The notes: generated from the letters alone by a model not told the origin. A DNA stretch of 64,000 nucleotides from an uncultured Verrucomicrobiae bacterium (GCA_963813025.1 CAWEXO010000005.1:192001-256000); one strand, 5' to 3'; positions 1 through 10,310 are shown, numbered from the stretch's first letter. Made by a program: numbers and translations.

Positions 1-681
1 GAAGAGGGCGAAATTGGCACAATGACGAAAATGATTCGCGGCGTGGATAGCTGGTTCTGGCTGATTCCGTTGTCTGAACGAACGTGTAGCGTCGGAGTCG
101 TGATGGACCTGGACCGCTATCGGGCCTTGCGGATGACTCCCGAAGCGGTTTTGCAAAAAAGTATCACCGAACAGCCCGAGCTGAAAAGATCCCTGTTCGA
201 TGCGAACCCTTGCACCCCCATCTACGCGACGAGCGATTTTTCCTATCATGTCTCGAAATTGGCCGGAGAGCGTTGGCTGCTGGCCGGTGATGCCGCCGGT
301 TTCCTTGACCCGGTTTTCAGCAACGGGGTTTACCTGGCCTTCTTCTCCGGGGAAAAGGCGGCCCATGCGGTTGAGCAGGCGTTGGCTGATCCTGCTCAGC
401 GTCGCAAAGCCTTTCAGTGCTATGAGAGGGTCATCCAAAACCGATTCAAGTCTTATTTGAAGCTGGTCAATGCCTGGTACACCCCCGAGTTCGTCGAGAT
501 CTTTCTGCATCCGCGAGAAATCCTGAATATCGTTCCCACGGTGAACGCGGTTCTTTCCGGCAACCCCAGCCGAAGCTTCGCCGTCCGCTGGCGGATGTGG
601 TTCTTTTTCCTGCTCGTTTATTTACAGGGACGTTCCCGAAAGCTTGTGCCACAGCTGTCCTTTCAGCCCAGACTTTCATGA
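1..681 (+). CDS. FAD-dependent oxidoreductase, tryptophan-halogenase/geranylgeranyl-reductase-like (5' end outside window)
   Basis: Frame open from base 1; motifs WFWLIPL and LLAGDAAGFLDPVFSNGV typical of flavin-dependent halogenase-like proteins. Confidence 0.8.
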   Translation, partial: EEGEIGTMTKMIRGVDSWFWLIPLSERTCSVGVVMDLDRYRALRMTPEAVLQKSITEQPELKRSLFDANPCTPIYATSDFSYHVSKLAGERWLLAGDAAGFLDPVFSNGVYLAFFSGEKAAHAVEQALADPAQRRKAFQCYERVIQNRFKSYLKLVNAWYTPEFVEIFLHPREILNIVPTVNAVLSGNPSRSFAVRWRMWFFFLLVYLQGRSRKLVPQLSFQPRLS

Positions 682-1157
682 GGACGCGGTTCTGGTTGTT
701 GATCGCTCTTGGCGCATTAGCCGGCTGTCAAAGCGTCGAGGAAATCTCGAGCCTTGGTCCCCAGGCGAAGACGCGTATCGGCCAGATGCTTTATCAAACA
801 CCGAAACGCTCGGTCGCGGCTGACGTCTATCTTAGTACTTTGGCGAATGGCGATTATGCGCTGACCATGACCAAAAGCGGCGTGACAATTCTTCAACTTG
901 AAGCTCGAGACGATAGCTTGACTGCGGCAGGATTACTGGTTCGCAATGGGTTCACCGGTAATATCCGCCGTCTGCCTGCTCCCCTGCGCCCGTGGGGAGA
1001 ATTCCGCGCGATCATTCCGCATTTTGACGGCAACGAAAACCAGGCAGGGGAACCTGGCCGCTGGCAGGCTACTTTCGAACGAGAGAGCGGCCACCTCACA
1101 ACGGCGGAAATCCGGTTTCAGCAAGGAACGAGCATGGTCTTCAGCTTTAGCCGATAA
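678..1157 (+). CDS. Putative lipoprotein, function unknown
   Basis: ATG overlaps upstream TGA (ATGA); signal peptide with lipobox MRTRFWLLIALGALAGC. Confidence 0.7.
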   Translation: MRTRFWLLIALGALAGCQSVEEISSLGPQAKTRIGQMLYQTPKRSVAADVYLSTLANGDYALTMTKSGVTILQLEARDDSLTAAGLLVRNGFTGNIRRLPAPLRPWGEFRAIIPHFDGNENQAGEPGRWQATFERESGHLTTAEIRFQQGTSMVFSFSR

Positions 1158-1161
1158 CCGT

Positions 1162-2085
1162 ATGGCTTCGACCGTTTCAGAGCCTCCCCCTCTCGGGGCG
1201 AATGGCGACGATCTTATTTTGACCCGGAACTCCTGGTACGCACCGCGATGGCTGAACACCTCCCTTTGGATCACCGAGCGGGTGCCGGCCTGGCTGAGTC
1301 GTCCGATGGCAGTGGCTCTTGGCGAGCTTAGCTATCGGCTTTGTGAGAACCGTCGAGCAGCTGTTCTGCGGAATCTCGGAGCTCTCATTCCTGGCGAGAA
1401 ACAAAGGCAAGCCGTCTGCCGTCGATGCTTCCACAATTTCCTGCGAATGCTCCACGACTTTTTCGATGCAGCGTCGGGGGGCGCTCCGCGCATCAACCAA
1501 CTTATGACCAAGCGACGAGGCTTCGATTTCCTGGAATCTGCTCGCCAAGCCGGCCGCGGTACAATTCTCATCACCGGACATCTCGGCGCGTGGGAGTTGG
1601 GGGGAATGGTACTGGCGGCCGACGGTTTTCCGGTCAACGTCGTTACCCTGGCAGAGCCGACGCCTGAACTCAATGATTGGCGTCGCCAGTACCGGGAACG
1701 TTTCGGCATCAAGACAATCACGGTCGGAAACGATAAATTCGCGTTTGTCGAAATTGTCGCCGCGCTTCGCCGCAACGAGCTTGTTGCTATGCTGGTCGAC
1801 CGTCCCTATCTCAATAGCGGCGTCGAAGTACGCTTTTTTGAACGTCTGACTTCGTTCTCTGCGGCCGCCGCACATCTTTGGTATCATACGAGAGCTACGG
1901 TGATCCCGGCATTTGTTCTCCAATTGGAGCCCGGCAGCTACGGTTGTTATGCCTATCCTCCGATCGAGATGCATCCGGACCGGTCGGCAAGCGAGAACAG
2001 TCAGCTGGTGGCCGATGTTTTCCAGACGATCATTCGCGAGTTCCCCGACCAATGGTTTAACTTCGTTCCGGTCTGGAAACGCTGA
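1162..2085 (+). CDS. Lipid A lauroyl/lysophospholipid acyltransferase family (LpxL/HtrB-like)
   Basis: Motifs ITGHLGAWE, VAMLVDRP, PDQWFNF; start placed at MASTVSE just after upstream stop. Confidence 0.85.
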   Translation: MASTVSEPPPLGANGDDLILTRNSWYAPRWLNTSLWITERVPAWLSRPMAVALGELSYRLCENRRAAVLRNLGALIPGEKQRQAVCRRCFHNFLRMLHDFFDAASGGAPRINQLMTKRRGFDFLESARQAGRGTILITGHLGAWELGGMVLAADGFPVNVVTLAEPTPELNDWRRQYRERFGIKTITVGNDKFAFVEIVAALRRNELVAMLVDRPYLNSGVEVRFFERLTSFSAAAAHLWYHTRATVIPAFVLQLEPGSYGCYAYPPIEMHPDRSASENSQLVADVFQTIIREFPDQWFNFVPVWKR

Positions 2086-2094
2086 AGCAGTTTT

Positions 2095-2754
2095 ATGAAA
2101 AGAAATATTCTGGCGCTTCTATTGGCGCTGCCCCTCACCCTCCAAGCTGCTCCCTTGACCTCCTCGCAGACGGAGGATCTGGTCAAGAGGATCGAAGCTA
2201 TCCATCAATCCAAGCCCTCTCTTCAGGCGCATTTTCGGGAAGAGCGTCGTACCCCCGTGCTCAAGGATCCGGTCGTCAACGAGGGCGTAATTTGGGCGAC
2301 GCTGCCCGATAAAATCCGGCGCGAGATCGGTGCTCCCAACCCCAGTACCACCGTAATCGACGGGAAGAGGATGGTGATTTACTACCCACGGTTGCACGAT
2401 GCCGAGTTTTATGATCTCGAAAAGCGGCCCGTCCTCAAGGATCCGCTCAAGGCGTTAACCGCGGGTCTCGATTTTCAGCAGGTCTATAATTACTATAATG
2501 TCGAAGGCGCCCAGGAAGGTGATCTTTACCGTCTGACCTTGACGCCTAAGACGTCTTCGCTCAAGCGGGTCGTAAAGTCCGTGACTGTGACGGTCGACCA
2601 AAACCTCGCTCCTCAACGGGTCGACTTCGAAACCGCCAAAGGAGATCAGATTACCGAGATCTACAGCAGCGTCCGGCGCGATCCCATTCCCGATTCAGTG
2701 TTTGAGTTTACTCCTCCGTCCGGGACGAACATTACCAAACCGTTCGGCAGCTGA
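2095..2754 (+). CDS. Outer-membrane lipoprotein carrier LolA family protein
   Basis: Signal peptide, SLQAHFREE N-terminal motif, C-terminal IPDSVFEFTPP motif. Confidence 0.8.
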   Translation: MKRNILALLLALPLTLQAAPLTSSQTEDLVKRIEAIHQSKPSLQAHFREERRTPVLKDPVVNEGVIWATLPDKIRREIGAPNPSTTVIDGKRMVIYYPRLHDAEFYDLEKRPVLKDPLKALTAGLDFQQVYNYYNVEGAQEGDLYRLTLTPKTSSLKRVVKSVTVTVDQNLAPQRVDFETAKGDQITEIYSSVRRDPIPDSVFEFTPPSGTNITKPFGS

Positions 2755-2762
2755 CGGAGTTT

Positions 2763-2850
2763 CGGGTCCCGTGTCGCGAATTGTGAGTCCCCGAGTTGGG
2801 TGGAACCAGCCGGGCGCAAGGCATTAGCGACACTCGGGACCCGGGACCCG
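2763..2850. repeat. Imperfect GC-rich inverted repeat (REP-like) with GGACCCG heptamer duplication
   Basis: cgggtcccg-tgtcgcgaat (2763-2781) pairs with attagcgaca-ct-cgggacccg (2823-2843). Confidence 0.5.
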
Positions 2851-2901
2851 CAACGTCATTGTCAAGGGTGGCACCCTTCCGTTCTCACCAGCCCTCCGTC
2901 A

Positions 2902-2929
2902 TTGACTTCGCCCTGTTTTAGAGTAGACA
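2902..2929 (+). promoter_or_regulatory. Probable sigma70 promoter of the tRNA
   Basis: TTGACT-16 bp-TAGACA about 25 bp upstream of the tRNA. Confidence 0.4.
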
Positions 2930-2954
2930 AACCGCTCCAGAAAAGCTCGTCGAT

Positions 2955-3028
2955 TGCCTCGTGGTGTAATGGTAGCACAAGTGACTCTGGATCACTTTGT
3001 CATGGTTCGAATCCATGCGAGGCAGCCA
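2955..3028 (+). tRNA. tRNA-Gln (anticodon CTG)
   Basis: Acceptor stem TGCCTCG/CGAGGCA, D-arm GTGTAATGGTAGCAC, anticodon stem AGTGA-CTCTGGA-TCACT, T-loop GGTTCGAATCC, encoded CCA. Confidence 0.97.
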
Positions 3029-3421
3029 ATGCAAAACCAACAGCTGCAAGAGATTACAAGGCGCAACTTCTTAAAGCAAAACCGTAGAAACTAGACACCC
3101 GCCAAAAACCAGCCACGGCAGCGGATTGCCCAGGGTCCGATCCTAAGTTGGCACCTCAGTACACATCGCCGGTGTATATCCAACCCTGAATTTCTCTTTT
3201 TGCGTACGCTTCAACTTGTCCTGACTCGAACGCGGATTCGGCAGCTTTTCTTGCCTGTTCTCTTGAATAAAGATTTTGGTCCGGCTGCCAGACTGAAGCA
3301 GATTCACCTCGACATGAAAGTAAGATGATAAATTCCCTGTTCTTTTGGCGCGACTTTATGCACCAAAAATATTGCCCTGACTTTAATCTCGTAGTTCACG
3401 TCCTTGTGGGGACAAAGCTAA

Positions 3422-3753
3422 GGGTCAAATCTCAATATTCAACATTGCCGTGACTTTTCTCAGCTTTGTCCGTAATGCCGGGTCAACCTTGAGCCTTTTC
3501 TCGAACCGTGAAATTGCCGCGTTGACCGCGGCGTACTCCATCCCGCCCGCCAGTTCTCCAAGCTCGCCCAGCCGCAGACCGCCATATCTTTGGCCCAGAT
3601 ACAGATCCGCGGGCAACGCTCCATTGCCCCGCTCGGTTGACATCTGATCCCATCTCACCAGCATGCCTCCGGCTCCAAGGTTTGGGCATCAACCTTGAGC
3701 CGCTCACCCCCGCACCGGCCCGCCCTTCATGACCCCCGAGTTCTTTCACGCGC
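3422..3753 (-). mobile_element. 3' fragment of HUH/Y1 (RAYT-like) transposase element, copy 1
   Basis: Begins with 22-bp repeat GGGTCAAATCTCAATATTCAAC; near-identical to 26432-26762; encodes C-terminal HTH ...AISRFEKRLKVDPALRTKLRKVTAMLNIEI. Confidence 0.85.
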
Positions 3754-4294
3754 TCGGCGAGCGCCGTAAATCCGGCGAGCTGCTGGTCGAGCGTTTCCAC
3801 CGGACGAATAAGAAACGCGCCGGCAACGCTAGACTTATCGCTCTCCAGAATGACCCCGCGCAGTTGCTTGACACGGCCCGGTCGATCCGGAACAGAGGGC
3901 GGCAACGACTTTGGTAACGGATCTAGTTGTGACACGAGCGAATCATAAGTCGCTTTTTGGGGTCTGCGCACAATCCGTGAACGCTCAAAGTTCAAAAACA
4001 ATTAGCAACTCCTCAGGTCCAGCCCCGCCACTTGCACCGTCGTATGCGGACACTATACGGGTGCCGCCAGACCAACGACGGGTAGGGCAGGGATGGCACC
4101 TTCAGCAGGCGGGGCAAAGAGGGAGTAACCTCGATGAACAAGGACACGACAAAGTCTGCGCGGCGCTGCGACAAGGCGTTCGATCGTTCAGGGGTGCGGA
4201 TGTGGGAGAGCGGATTGTTTTCGGGCCCCGCCATTTAGTTTTGGGACCTTTAGTCGCATTGGCTTTCGAGCTCACTGGACGATAGTGGCCAAGC

Positions 4295-5776
4295 GTGCAG
4301 GCTAGGCAGCAGAACGAATTAATTTTGGTGACCGGTGCTACCGGTTACGTGGGAGGCAGGCTGGTCCCCCGTCTTCTCCAGGCAGGCTATCGGGTTTGCT
4401 GCTTGGTACGCAGGCTAACCAATCTCGACCGTGAGCCGTGGCGGTCCCAAGTCGAGTGCGTTCAGGGCGATGTGCTGCGCCCCGAAAGCTTGACGGCCGC
4501 GATGGAAGGCGTGGCCACGCTGTACTACTTGGTCCATAGCATGGGAGGCGGAAGGGATTTCGAGGCTCAGGATCTGGCCGCCGCTAGCCATTGTGCTAAG
4601 GCCGCCAGCGTGCAGGGGGTGCAACGAATCATCTATCTCGGCGCCCTGGGTGACTCGGCAGCGAAGCTTTCCGCCCATCTACGGTCGCGTCAGCAAACCG
4701 GAAGTGCTTTGTGCGAGGCGGGCGTGCCGGTGACCGAATTTCGTGCGGCTGTCATCATCGGTTCGGGTAGCCTTTCATTTGAGCTAATCCGATACCTATC
4801 AGAACGATTGCCGGTGATGATCTGCCCCCGCTGGGTTTATACGCGAATTCAACCTATCGCGATTCAGAACGTGCTGGATTACTTGGTGGCCGCGCTGCAA
4901 CAGCCGGAGAGCGCAGGCCGGATCATTGAGATCGGGGGAGAAGACGTCCTGACTTACGGCGGATTGATGGAAACGTACGCCAGTGTACGCGGCCTGAAAC
5001 GCTACCTCCTACCAGTCCCCCTTTTGACGCCCAGGCTTTCCTCATACTGGGTGCGTCTAGTGACGCCGTTTTCGGTCAGTGTGGCGCGCCCGCTGATTGA
5101 GGGGTTGCGCAACGAAGTCATTGTCCGCGATAACGAAGCCCGGGAAATATTTCCTGATGTACGATTGCTGGATTGCAAAGCGGCCGTGAAGCTCGCCCTA
5201 GCGGATACGAAAGCGGACCAATTGGACAAGTTGCTGGGGAGTTTGCCGGTGCCATCCCACCAGCGACCCTCTGTAAGCAGAGGCTCTGGGAAAGGGGTGA
5301 TCGTGGAACGGCGCCGAAGGGTGGTGAACGCATCAGCCGAGCAAGTTTACTCCATCATCGCCGGATTGGGCGGAGCCCAAGGTTGGCCCGCGCTGAATTG
5401 GGCTTGGCGGCTGCGTGGCTGGATCGATGGCCTGCTTGGGGGCGTGGGCATGCGTCGGGGTGAAGCAGGCGCTTTGCGCGTCGGAGAGGTCTTGGATTTT
5501 TGGCGCATTGAGGAGGCTGAAGCCGGACGGTTACTCCGGCTGTGTGCCGAGATGAAATTGCCCGGGAAAGCCTGGTTGCAGTTCCAGGTGGAACCGCAAT
5601 CCGGTGGGTACAGCGAACTAATTCAGACGGCGCTCTTTGAGCCTAAAGGGCTCAGCGGCGTGCTGTACTGGTATTGTCTCTATCCGGTGCACTGTTTGAT
5701 CTTCAGCCGCATGATCCAGCGGATTGCGGAGCGGGCCGAGAGAATCGCTAGTCGCCCGCAAAAAGCAGCAGGGTGA
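4295..5776 (+). CDS. NAD(P)-binding SDR-like oxidoreductase with C-terminal DUF2867-like domain (YbjT-like)
   Basis: ILVTGATGYVGGRL Rossmann motif; LDFWRIE and AEMKLPGKAWL motifs. Confidence 0.85.
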   Translation: MQARQQNELILVTGATGYVGGRLVPRLLQAGYRVCCLVRRLTNLDREPWRSQVECVQGDVLRPESLTAAMEGVATLYYLVHSMGGGRDFEAQDLAAASHCAKAASVQGVQRIIYLGALGDSAAKLSAHLRSRQQTGSALCEAGVPVTEFRAAVIIGSGSLSFELIRYLSERLPVMICPRWVYTRIQPIAIQNVLDYLVAALQQPESAGRIIEIGGEDVLTYGGLMETYASVRGLKRYLLPVPLLTPRLSSYWVRLVTPFSVSVARPLIEGLRNEVIVRDNEAREIFPDVRLLDCKAAVKLALADTKADQLDKLLGSLPVPSHQRPSVSRGSGKGVIVERRRRVVNASAEQVYSIIAGLGGAQGWPALNWAWRLRGWIDGLLGGVGMRRGEAGALRVGEVLDFWRIEEAEAGRLLRLCAEMKLPGKAWLQFQVEPQSGGYSELIQTALFEPKGLSGVLYWYCLYPVHCLIFSRMIQRIAERAERIASRPQKAAG

Positions 5777-5799
5777 AATCCGCTGCCTCCTTCAGGCCT

Positions 5800-6120
5800 T
5801 CATGGGCTTACCCCTGCGCACCTCTAATCCGGCGTTCATTGAACTAAACGGACGTGGCAGTCTGGGTTGGCTTGAAGGTTTTAATGAGATGGTCACACCT
5901 TGCGGTTATGAATGGGTTGGGCACCCCAGTATGGATAAAGGCGTAATGCTCCCCTCGCATGGGCTGGCAGCCAACATTCCGGCGTCGAAAGTCGTGCTGA
6001 GCATCGACGAGGACCCAGCCTACACCATCCGACTGAAAGGAGATTTGAAGGAACAGGCATTCAAATTAGTCAATTTTGTTATCGCGACAAAGCTGAGCAC
6101 CGAAGCCAGCGCTCAACAGT
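5800..6120 (+). pseudogene. Fragment of aldose-1-epimerase/DUF4432-like gene
   Basis: NPAFIELNGRGSLGWLEGFNEM...HGLAANIPASKV; lacks N- and C-termini. Confidence 0.6.
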
Positions 6121-6459
6121 TTTTGGGCAGACATAGCGCTGAATCAAGACGGGCTCTCGATGCGGACCGATCCGCCGAAAGCAGACAGTCGCGCTTCCCT
6201 GGCCTTTTCCGCAATTCCGTCACCATAGGCATTTTCACTAAATCGCCTTGATACGTCTCTGCCGTTCTCTTTCCAGTACGCTTCCCAAAACCAGTCAATG
6301 CGCTTCCCGACCTGCCGCGACCCGCGTCTGATGCCATAAGTTCTTTTCGCTTTTCGAGCCATCGATTCCCAACGAAAAATACCGCGAGAATTCCTAATGC
6401 CATGCCAAAACGCTTCGATTGAGGATACTCGCTTACATCGGTAGCGGAAATCGGGCCCA

Positions 6460-7002
6460 TGGTCTTTTCGGAAATCCCAAGGCGGTTGAGGATTGTTATC
6501 TTGCCACGGGCCAATGCGGGTTATCTCGAGCCCGCCTTTGCGCGTCACGATAGATGCTTTGGATCTCCGCCGGCGCTTCGTTGATGTTATAACCCCATGC
6601 AAGGCCATCCTCGAGCATCTCGAGGCCCACATCCATACCGTCTATGAAAGCCATGCAAATGAGTCGGTCGGAGCCGTGACGATCAGTTGATTGCGGTCAA
6701 AGCTCGACGTTCCGACCAAGAACAAGCGCGATCATGGCGCGTTTCGCAGAATCGCCATAAGCCTGGCCTATTTCTGGCGCGTCGATGAACGCTAATCTGA
6801 CGCGAAGAAGCGTGTTCTCGGCGGTCAACACCCCGATCGCGTCCGAATCGAACACAGCAACTACGCGACCGCGGAGGCTCTCTTGCTGCGCGCTTGCGTC
6901 GTTAGCAAGCAAGAGACAAAGCAGGCCGGGAAGAACAAAACGACACCACAGCAATAGTAGAACGACGGCCTGAGCTGTTGCTTTAGCCCTGCTCCGCGAC
7001 AA
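6460..7002 (-). pseudogene. Thermonuclease (SNase) family pseudogene
   Basis: GRVVAVFDSD...VRLAFIDAPE..QAYG; in-frame TGA at 6697-6699 then DVGLEMLEDGLAWGY, then frameshift to IGPWQDNNPQPPWDFRK. Confidence 0.8.
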
Positions 7003-7269
7003 GGTTATGTCACTGACAACTTCTTGGCCTCACGATACTTGCGTCCTTCTTCAAGCAGCTTCTTCTTATGGCGGCGGCGGTAGGCGCAGATCGGTCTCGG
7101 CACCACTCGGCTCCCCCTAAGGACGTTATATACAATCTTCGGAGGAATAGGGGGACGGCGAATTTGTGACCTTGGGAATTACCAGCGTCCAGGCGCAAGC
7201 TGAATCTCGGCGAACAGCGTGGAAAGATGCATCTCGAGCAACTTGTCGATCTTCGAAGCGGCGGCGACG

Positions 7270-7640
7270 GTAAAGGGAGCTCTTTACGAAAGGCTTGTAA
7301 TTTAAGCCCATCATATTTCATGTCTTCACCGGGTTTCTTCAATTCCAGAACCAAAAGATTGTGATCTTACGTATTGCGTTTGTGAACGAATGTCCGGAAA
7401 GACCGTGGTTGCCCTGAATTTACGGTCCAATGCTTTGCGAGGCGGCAGACCAAGCCGTTTAGGAATGTCGCGATCACGATTATATTCAACATCTACGACA
7501 TAATTGGCTGGCACTAACTCCGCAATATAGATGGCCAAGTGTGCGAGCGAGACCGTTCTGTGACATTCAGCTCAAGAAGATCCGCCTGTTCGTGAATGAG
7601 TTTGTTCAGGGCCAGTTCGATAATTTCAGAAACTTCCATC
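7270..7640 (-). pseudogene. Frameshifted PD-(D/E)xK-like hypothetical nuclease remnant
   Basis: Pieces in three frames: LLELNVTERS / YVVDVEYNRD..VFPDI / VLELKK..DGLKLQAF. Confidence 0.5.
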
Positions 7641-7809
7641 TTCTGGCCTGGAGGCTCAGGAAGCTTAACGTCTACCGAGAGTGAGGGATAATTGTTGACG
7701 GCGGTGATGATGAATTTCGTGCGGGCATATTCGATGTCGCAGTTAGTTACGCCCTCCTCAAAATCCATTATGAAAACAGTCTCATCAACTATCTCGGGCC
7801 GCTCCGCCG

Positions 7810-7975
7810 ACATAGCTCCATCTCAAAATGTCTTTGCAATCCGCTTCAACCCAAAACCGGCCAGCGGTCGCTGGATGCGCTGCGTTTGGGGGCTGGTTCC
7901 ATATTGGGCCGAGGACGAGAAGCTTGCCTACAAGACAATCAACGCGAGGGTTGAAACCGTCGATACTGCACCGCT
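7810..7975 (+). pseudogene. SOS response-associated peptidase (SRAP) N-terminal fragment
   Basis: IAPSQNV...WGLVPYWAEDEKLAYKTINARVETV. Confidence 0.8.
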
Positions 7976-8024
7976 CCGGTTTGCGCCAGTCGGCTGATTT
8001 TTCTAGGCTCAGCCTCGTGTCCCA

Positions 8025-8377
8025 GATGAAAAAGAAGCCTTTGTCAGCCCCAGACGAGAAGCGTTCGTTCGATAAGGGCCAATTGGAACTTGTAACATTA
8101 GGCGGAGTTACGTTCGGGCCGCGCCACACTGCAACCTGGATGGAAATGGTCGACCTGCGCAAAACCAAACGTAAATACCGAAAGCTGCGAGGCGAGTCAC
8201 CTGCAATACCATGTCTCCGGGCGTACCAGAGTGCGCATGGATGACGGGATTGAGGATGAGTTTGGTCCAGGTGAAGTATCGCTGCTGCCTCCGGGACACT
8301 ACGCATGGGTCGTGGGCTACGAACCGGTCGTGGTAATCGATATTTCCGGTATGGCGAATTACGCGAAGCCGGCTTAA
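8025..8377 (+). pseudogene. Cupin-domain protein, frameshifted
   Basis: SAPDEKRSFDKGQLELV then shifted frame LQPGWKWS...HLQYHVSG...LPPGHYAWVVGYEPVVVID. Confidence 0.7.
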
Positions 8378-8499
8378 AGAGCAATTGTCCTGGCAACTGA
8401 CAGATACCTGGCGCTGTATGCCTATGACCGCACTTCGCCGTGCCGGAGTACCCGCTCCAGCCAGCGGGAATGGCTTCGCGCTGTGCGATGATGCATCCG

Positions 8500-8600
8500 T
8501 CAGCCGAATGAGCTGGTGGCCGAGGTGCATACCCGGATGCCGGTGATCTTGCCCGAAGAACACCACGAAAAATGGTTGGGTAAAGCCCAGGACGTCAAGG
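8500..8600 (+). pseudogene. SRAP C-terminal fragment
   Basis: NELVAEVHTRMPVILPEEHHEKWL. Confidence 0.75.
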
Positions 8601-8619
8601 CGCCGGCAGTCAAAGCTAA

Positions 8620-8940
8620 GGGTCAAATCTCAATATTCAACATTGCCGTGACTTTTCGCAGCTTTGTCGGTAATGCCGGGTCAACCTTGAGCCTTTTCTC
8701 GAACCGTGAAATTGCCGCGTTGACCGCGGCGTACTCCATCCCGCCCGCCGGTTCTCCAAGCTCGCCCAGCCGCAGACCGCCATATCTTTGGCCCAGATAC
8801 AGAGCTGCTCGCGCCGGTCTCCCTTGAGGAAGTTCAGCATCTTGCTGACAAAGGCCTCTGTACCAAAGAGCGCTGCCGCCTTGATTTCCTCTTTCCAGTC
8901 GGTCTCCCAGCGACCCAGTGCCGCCATCTCTTCCGAGGGG
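8620..8940 (-). mobile_element. 3' fragment of HUH/Y1 (RAYT-like) element, copy 2
   Basis: Same 22-bp terminal repeat at 8620-8641 and same HTH tail; also carries a middle segment EEMAALGRWETDWKEEIKAAALFGTEAFV absent from copies 1 and 4. Confidence 0.85.
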
Positions 8941-9082
8941 CTGAGCCTGGCGGGAAGCTGGTGCCCCGCATACACCTTGAAATGCGCGGGCGCACACTCG
9001 AGGGTTCCCCAGCGGTGCGTGATCAGCCGGAGCTACGAATTGCAAAACTTTGCGCTCAAGTGACGGGCGAGCGACAACAACC

Positions 9083-9514
9083 ATGAAGAAGAGGAAGAGC
9101 GGCTCGAAGGAAGGAAAAGGAGGAGACTCTCCCTCTCAGCTGATAGATGCGAGGATCAAAGAGCTGAGTGATTGGCGAGGCGAGACGCTCGCTCAGGTCC
9201 GAATTCTCATCAAGCAGGCCGACCCAGAAGCGGTCGAGGAGTGGAAGTGGAGAGGGGTTCCGGTGTGGTCGCATGCCGGAATGATCTGCACCGGTGAGAC
9301 GTACAAGAATGTCGTGAAGATGACCTTCGCGAAGGGCGCCTCGTTGGAGGACCCTTCAGGCCTCTTCAACTCCAGCCTCGAAGGCAACACTAGGCGTGCC
9401 ATCGATTTCCATGAGGGCGACAAGATTGATGAAAAGGCATTGAAGGCGCTCATTCGCGCCACCGTGGCACTGAACACGTCTTCAGCCGCCCAGCGGCCGG
9501 GGACGAGAGCATAG
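9083..9514 (+). CDS. DUF1801 (YdeI/YdhG-like) protein
   Basis: DWRGETLAQVR...EEWKWRGVPVWSH...FAKGASLEDPSGLFNSSLEGNTRRAID. Confidence 0.85.
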   Translation: MKKRKSGSKEGKGGDSPSQLIDARIKELSDWRGETLAQVRILIKQADPEAVEEWKWRGVPVWSHAGMICTGETYKNVVKMTFAKGASLEDPSGLFNSSLEGNTRRAIDFHEGDKIDEKALKALIRATVALNTSSAAQRPGTRA

Positions 9515-9962
9515 GCGACCGAGAGGGATTTGAGGCGGAGTGGGGTGAGCCCAGGGGCCAGGCGCCGCCCACGTGAACGGAGCTCCAACCGGGACCGAGC
9601 CCGGGGACGAGGTGCTCGCAGGCATGCGGCAGATGCCGAAGGGGGAGGTCTGCCTGCCAACGGGCGAGTAGGCGAGCTCGTTGGCACTCGGCAGATCCGC
9701 GACCGAGGTAATCTTGTCGCACAGCGCGGTGTGTCCACTCAAAGAAGTTGCCCTCGGAAAACTTAGTCCTAAACTTACGCTAATTTACGCTAAGATTGCA
9801 GAAAACTGCCCGAAGTTGCCTGACGTTGCTCTTTTCAATCCGCTCGCGCCCGATTTCGCGTAAGTGACTAAAGCAGAAACCCTCCGAGGAGTTTCCGAGG
9901 GTTTCAAATTCCACCGTACAGAAATTCCGTTGCCGCATTCTGTGTAGTATAGAGGCACACTC

Positions 9963-10310
9963 ATGAAAAAATACATGCTCACCTTCTTTGGCGGCAACAT
10001 GTCTCTTCGGTACGAGAATCTTGATACAGCAGACAAAGAGGCTCGGAAAAAGCATATGGCTGGCTGGGGGAAATGGATGGCTGACCTTTCGAAGGCCAAA
10101 AGGTGGGAGGTCGGATTCCCGTTGGAACCGGACGGGAAACGGATCGATCAGAGCGGCGCCGAAGATTACCGCTTTCCCAATACCACGGAAGGTGGTTTCA
10201 TCGTCATAAACGCGGAATCATTGGAAGATGCCGCGGAAATCGCGGCAGAGGCGCCCATTATCGGGAATGGCGGACATATTCTCGTGCGCCCGTGCGGGGA
10301 GATGAAATAA
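9963..10310 (+). CDS. YciI-related protein
   Basis: MKKYML...WGKWMADL...GGFIVINAESLEDAAEIAAEAP...VRP; RBS GAGG upstream. Confidence 0.75.
   Translation: MKKYMLTFFGGNMSLRYENLDTADKEARKKHMAGWGKWMADLSKAKRWEVGFPLEPDGKRIDQSGAEDYRFPNTTEGGFIVINAESLEDAAEIAAEAPIIGNGGHILVRPCGEMK

Noticed and set aside
946..1161. Long N-terminal extension of the acyltransferase ORF
   Set aside because: Overlaps the lipoprotein gene; ATG at 1162 fits operon spacing
2800..3087. 95-aa ORF
   Set aside because: Overlaps the tRNA-Gln and its promoter; spurious
9530..9766. Arg-rich ORFs in several frames
   Set aside because: GC-rich low-information sequence without recognisable motifs or RBS
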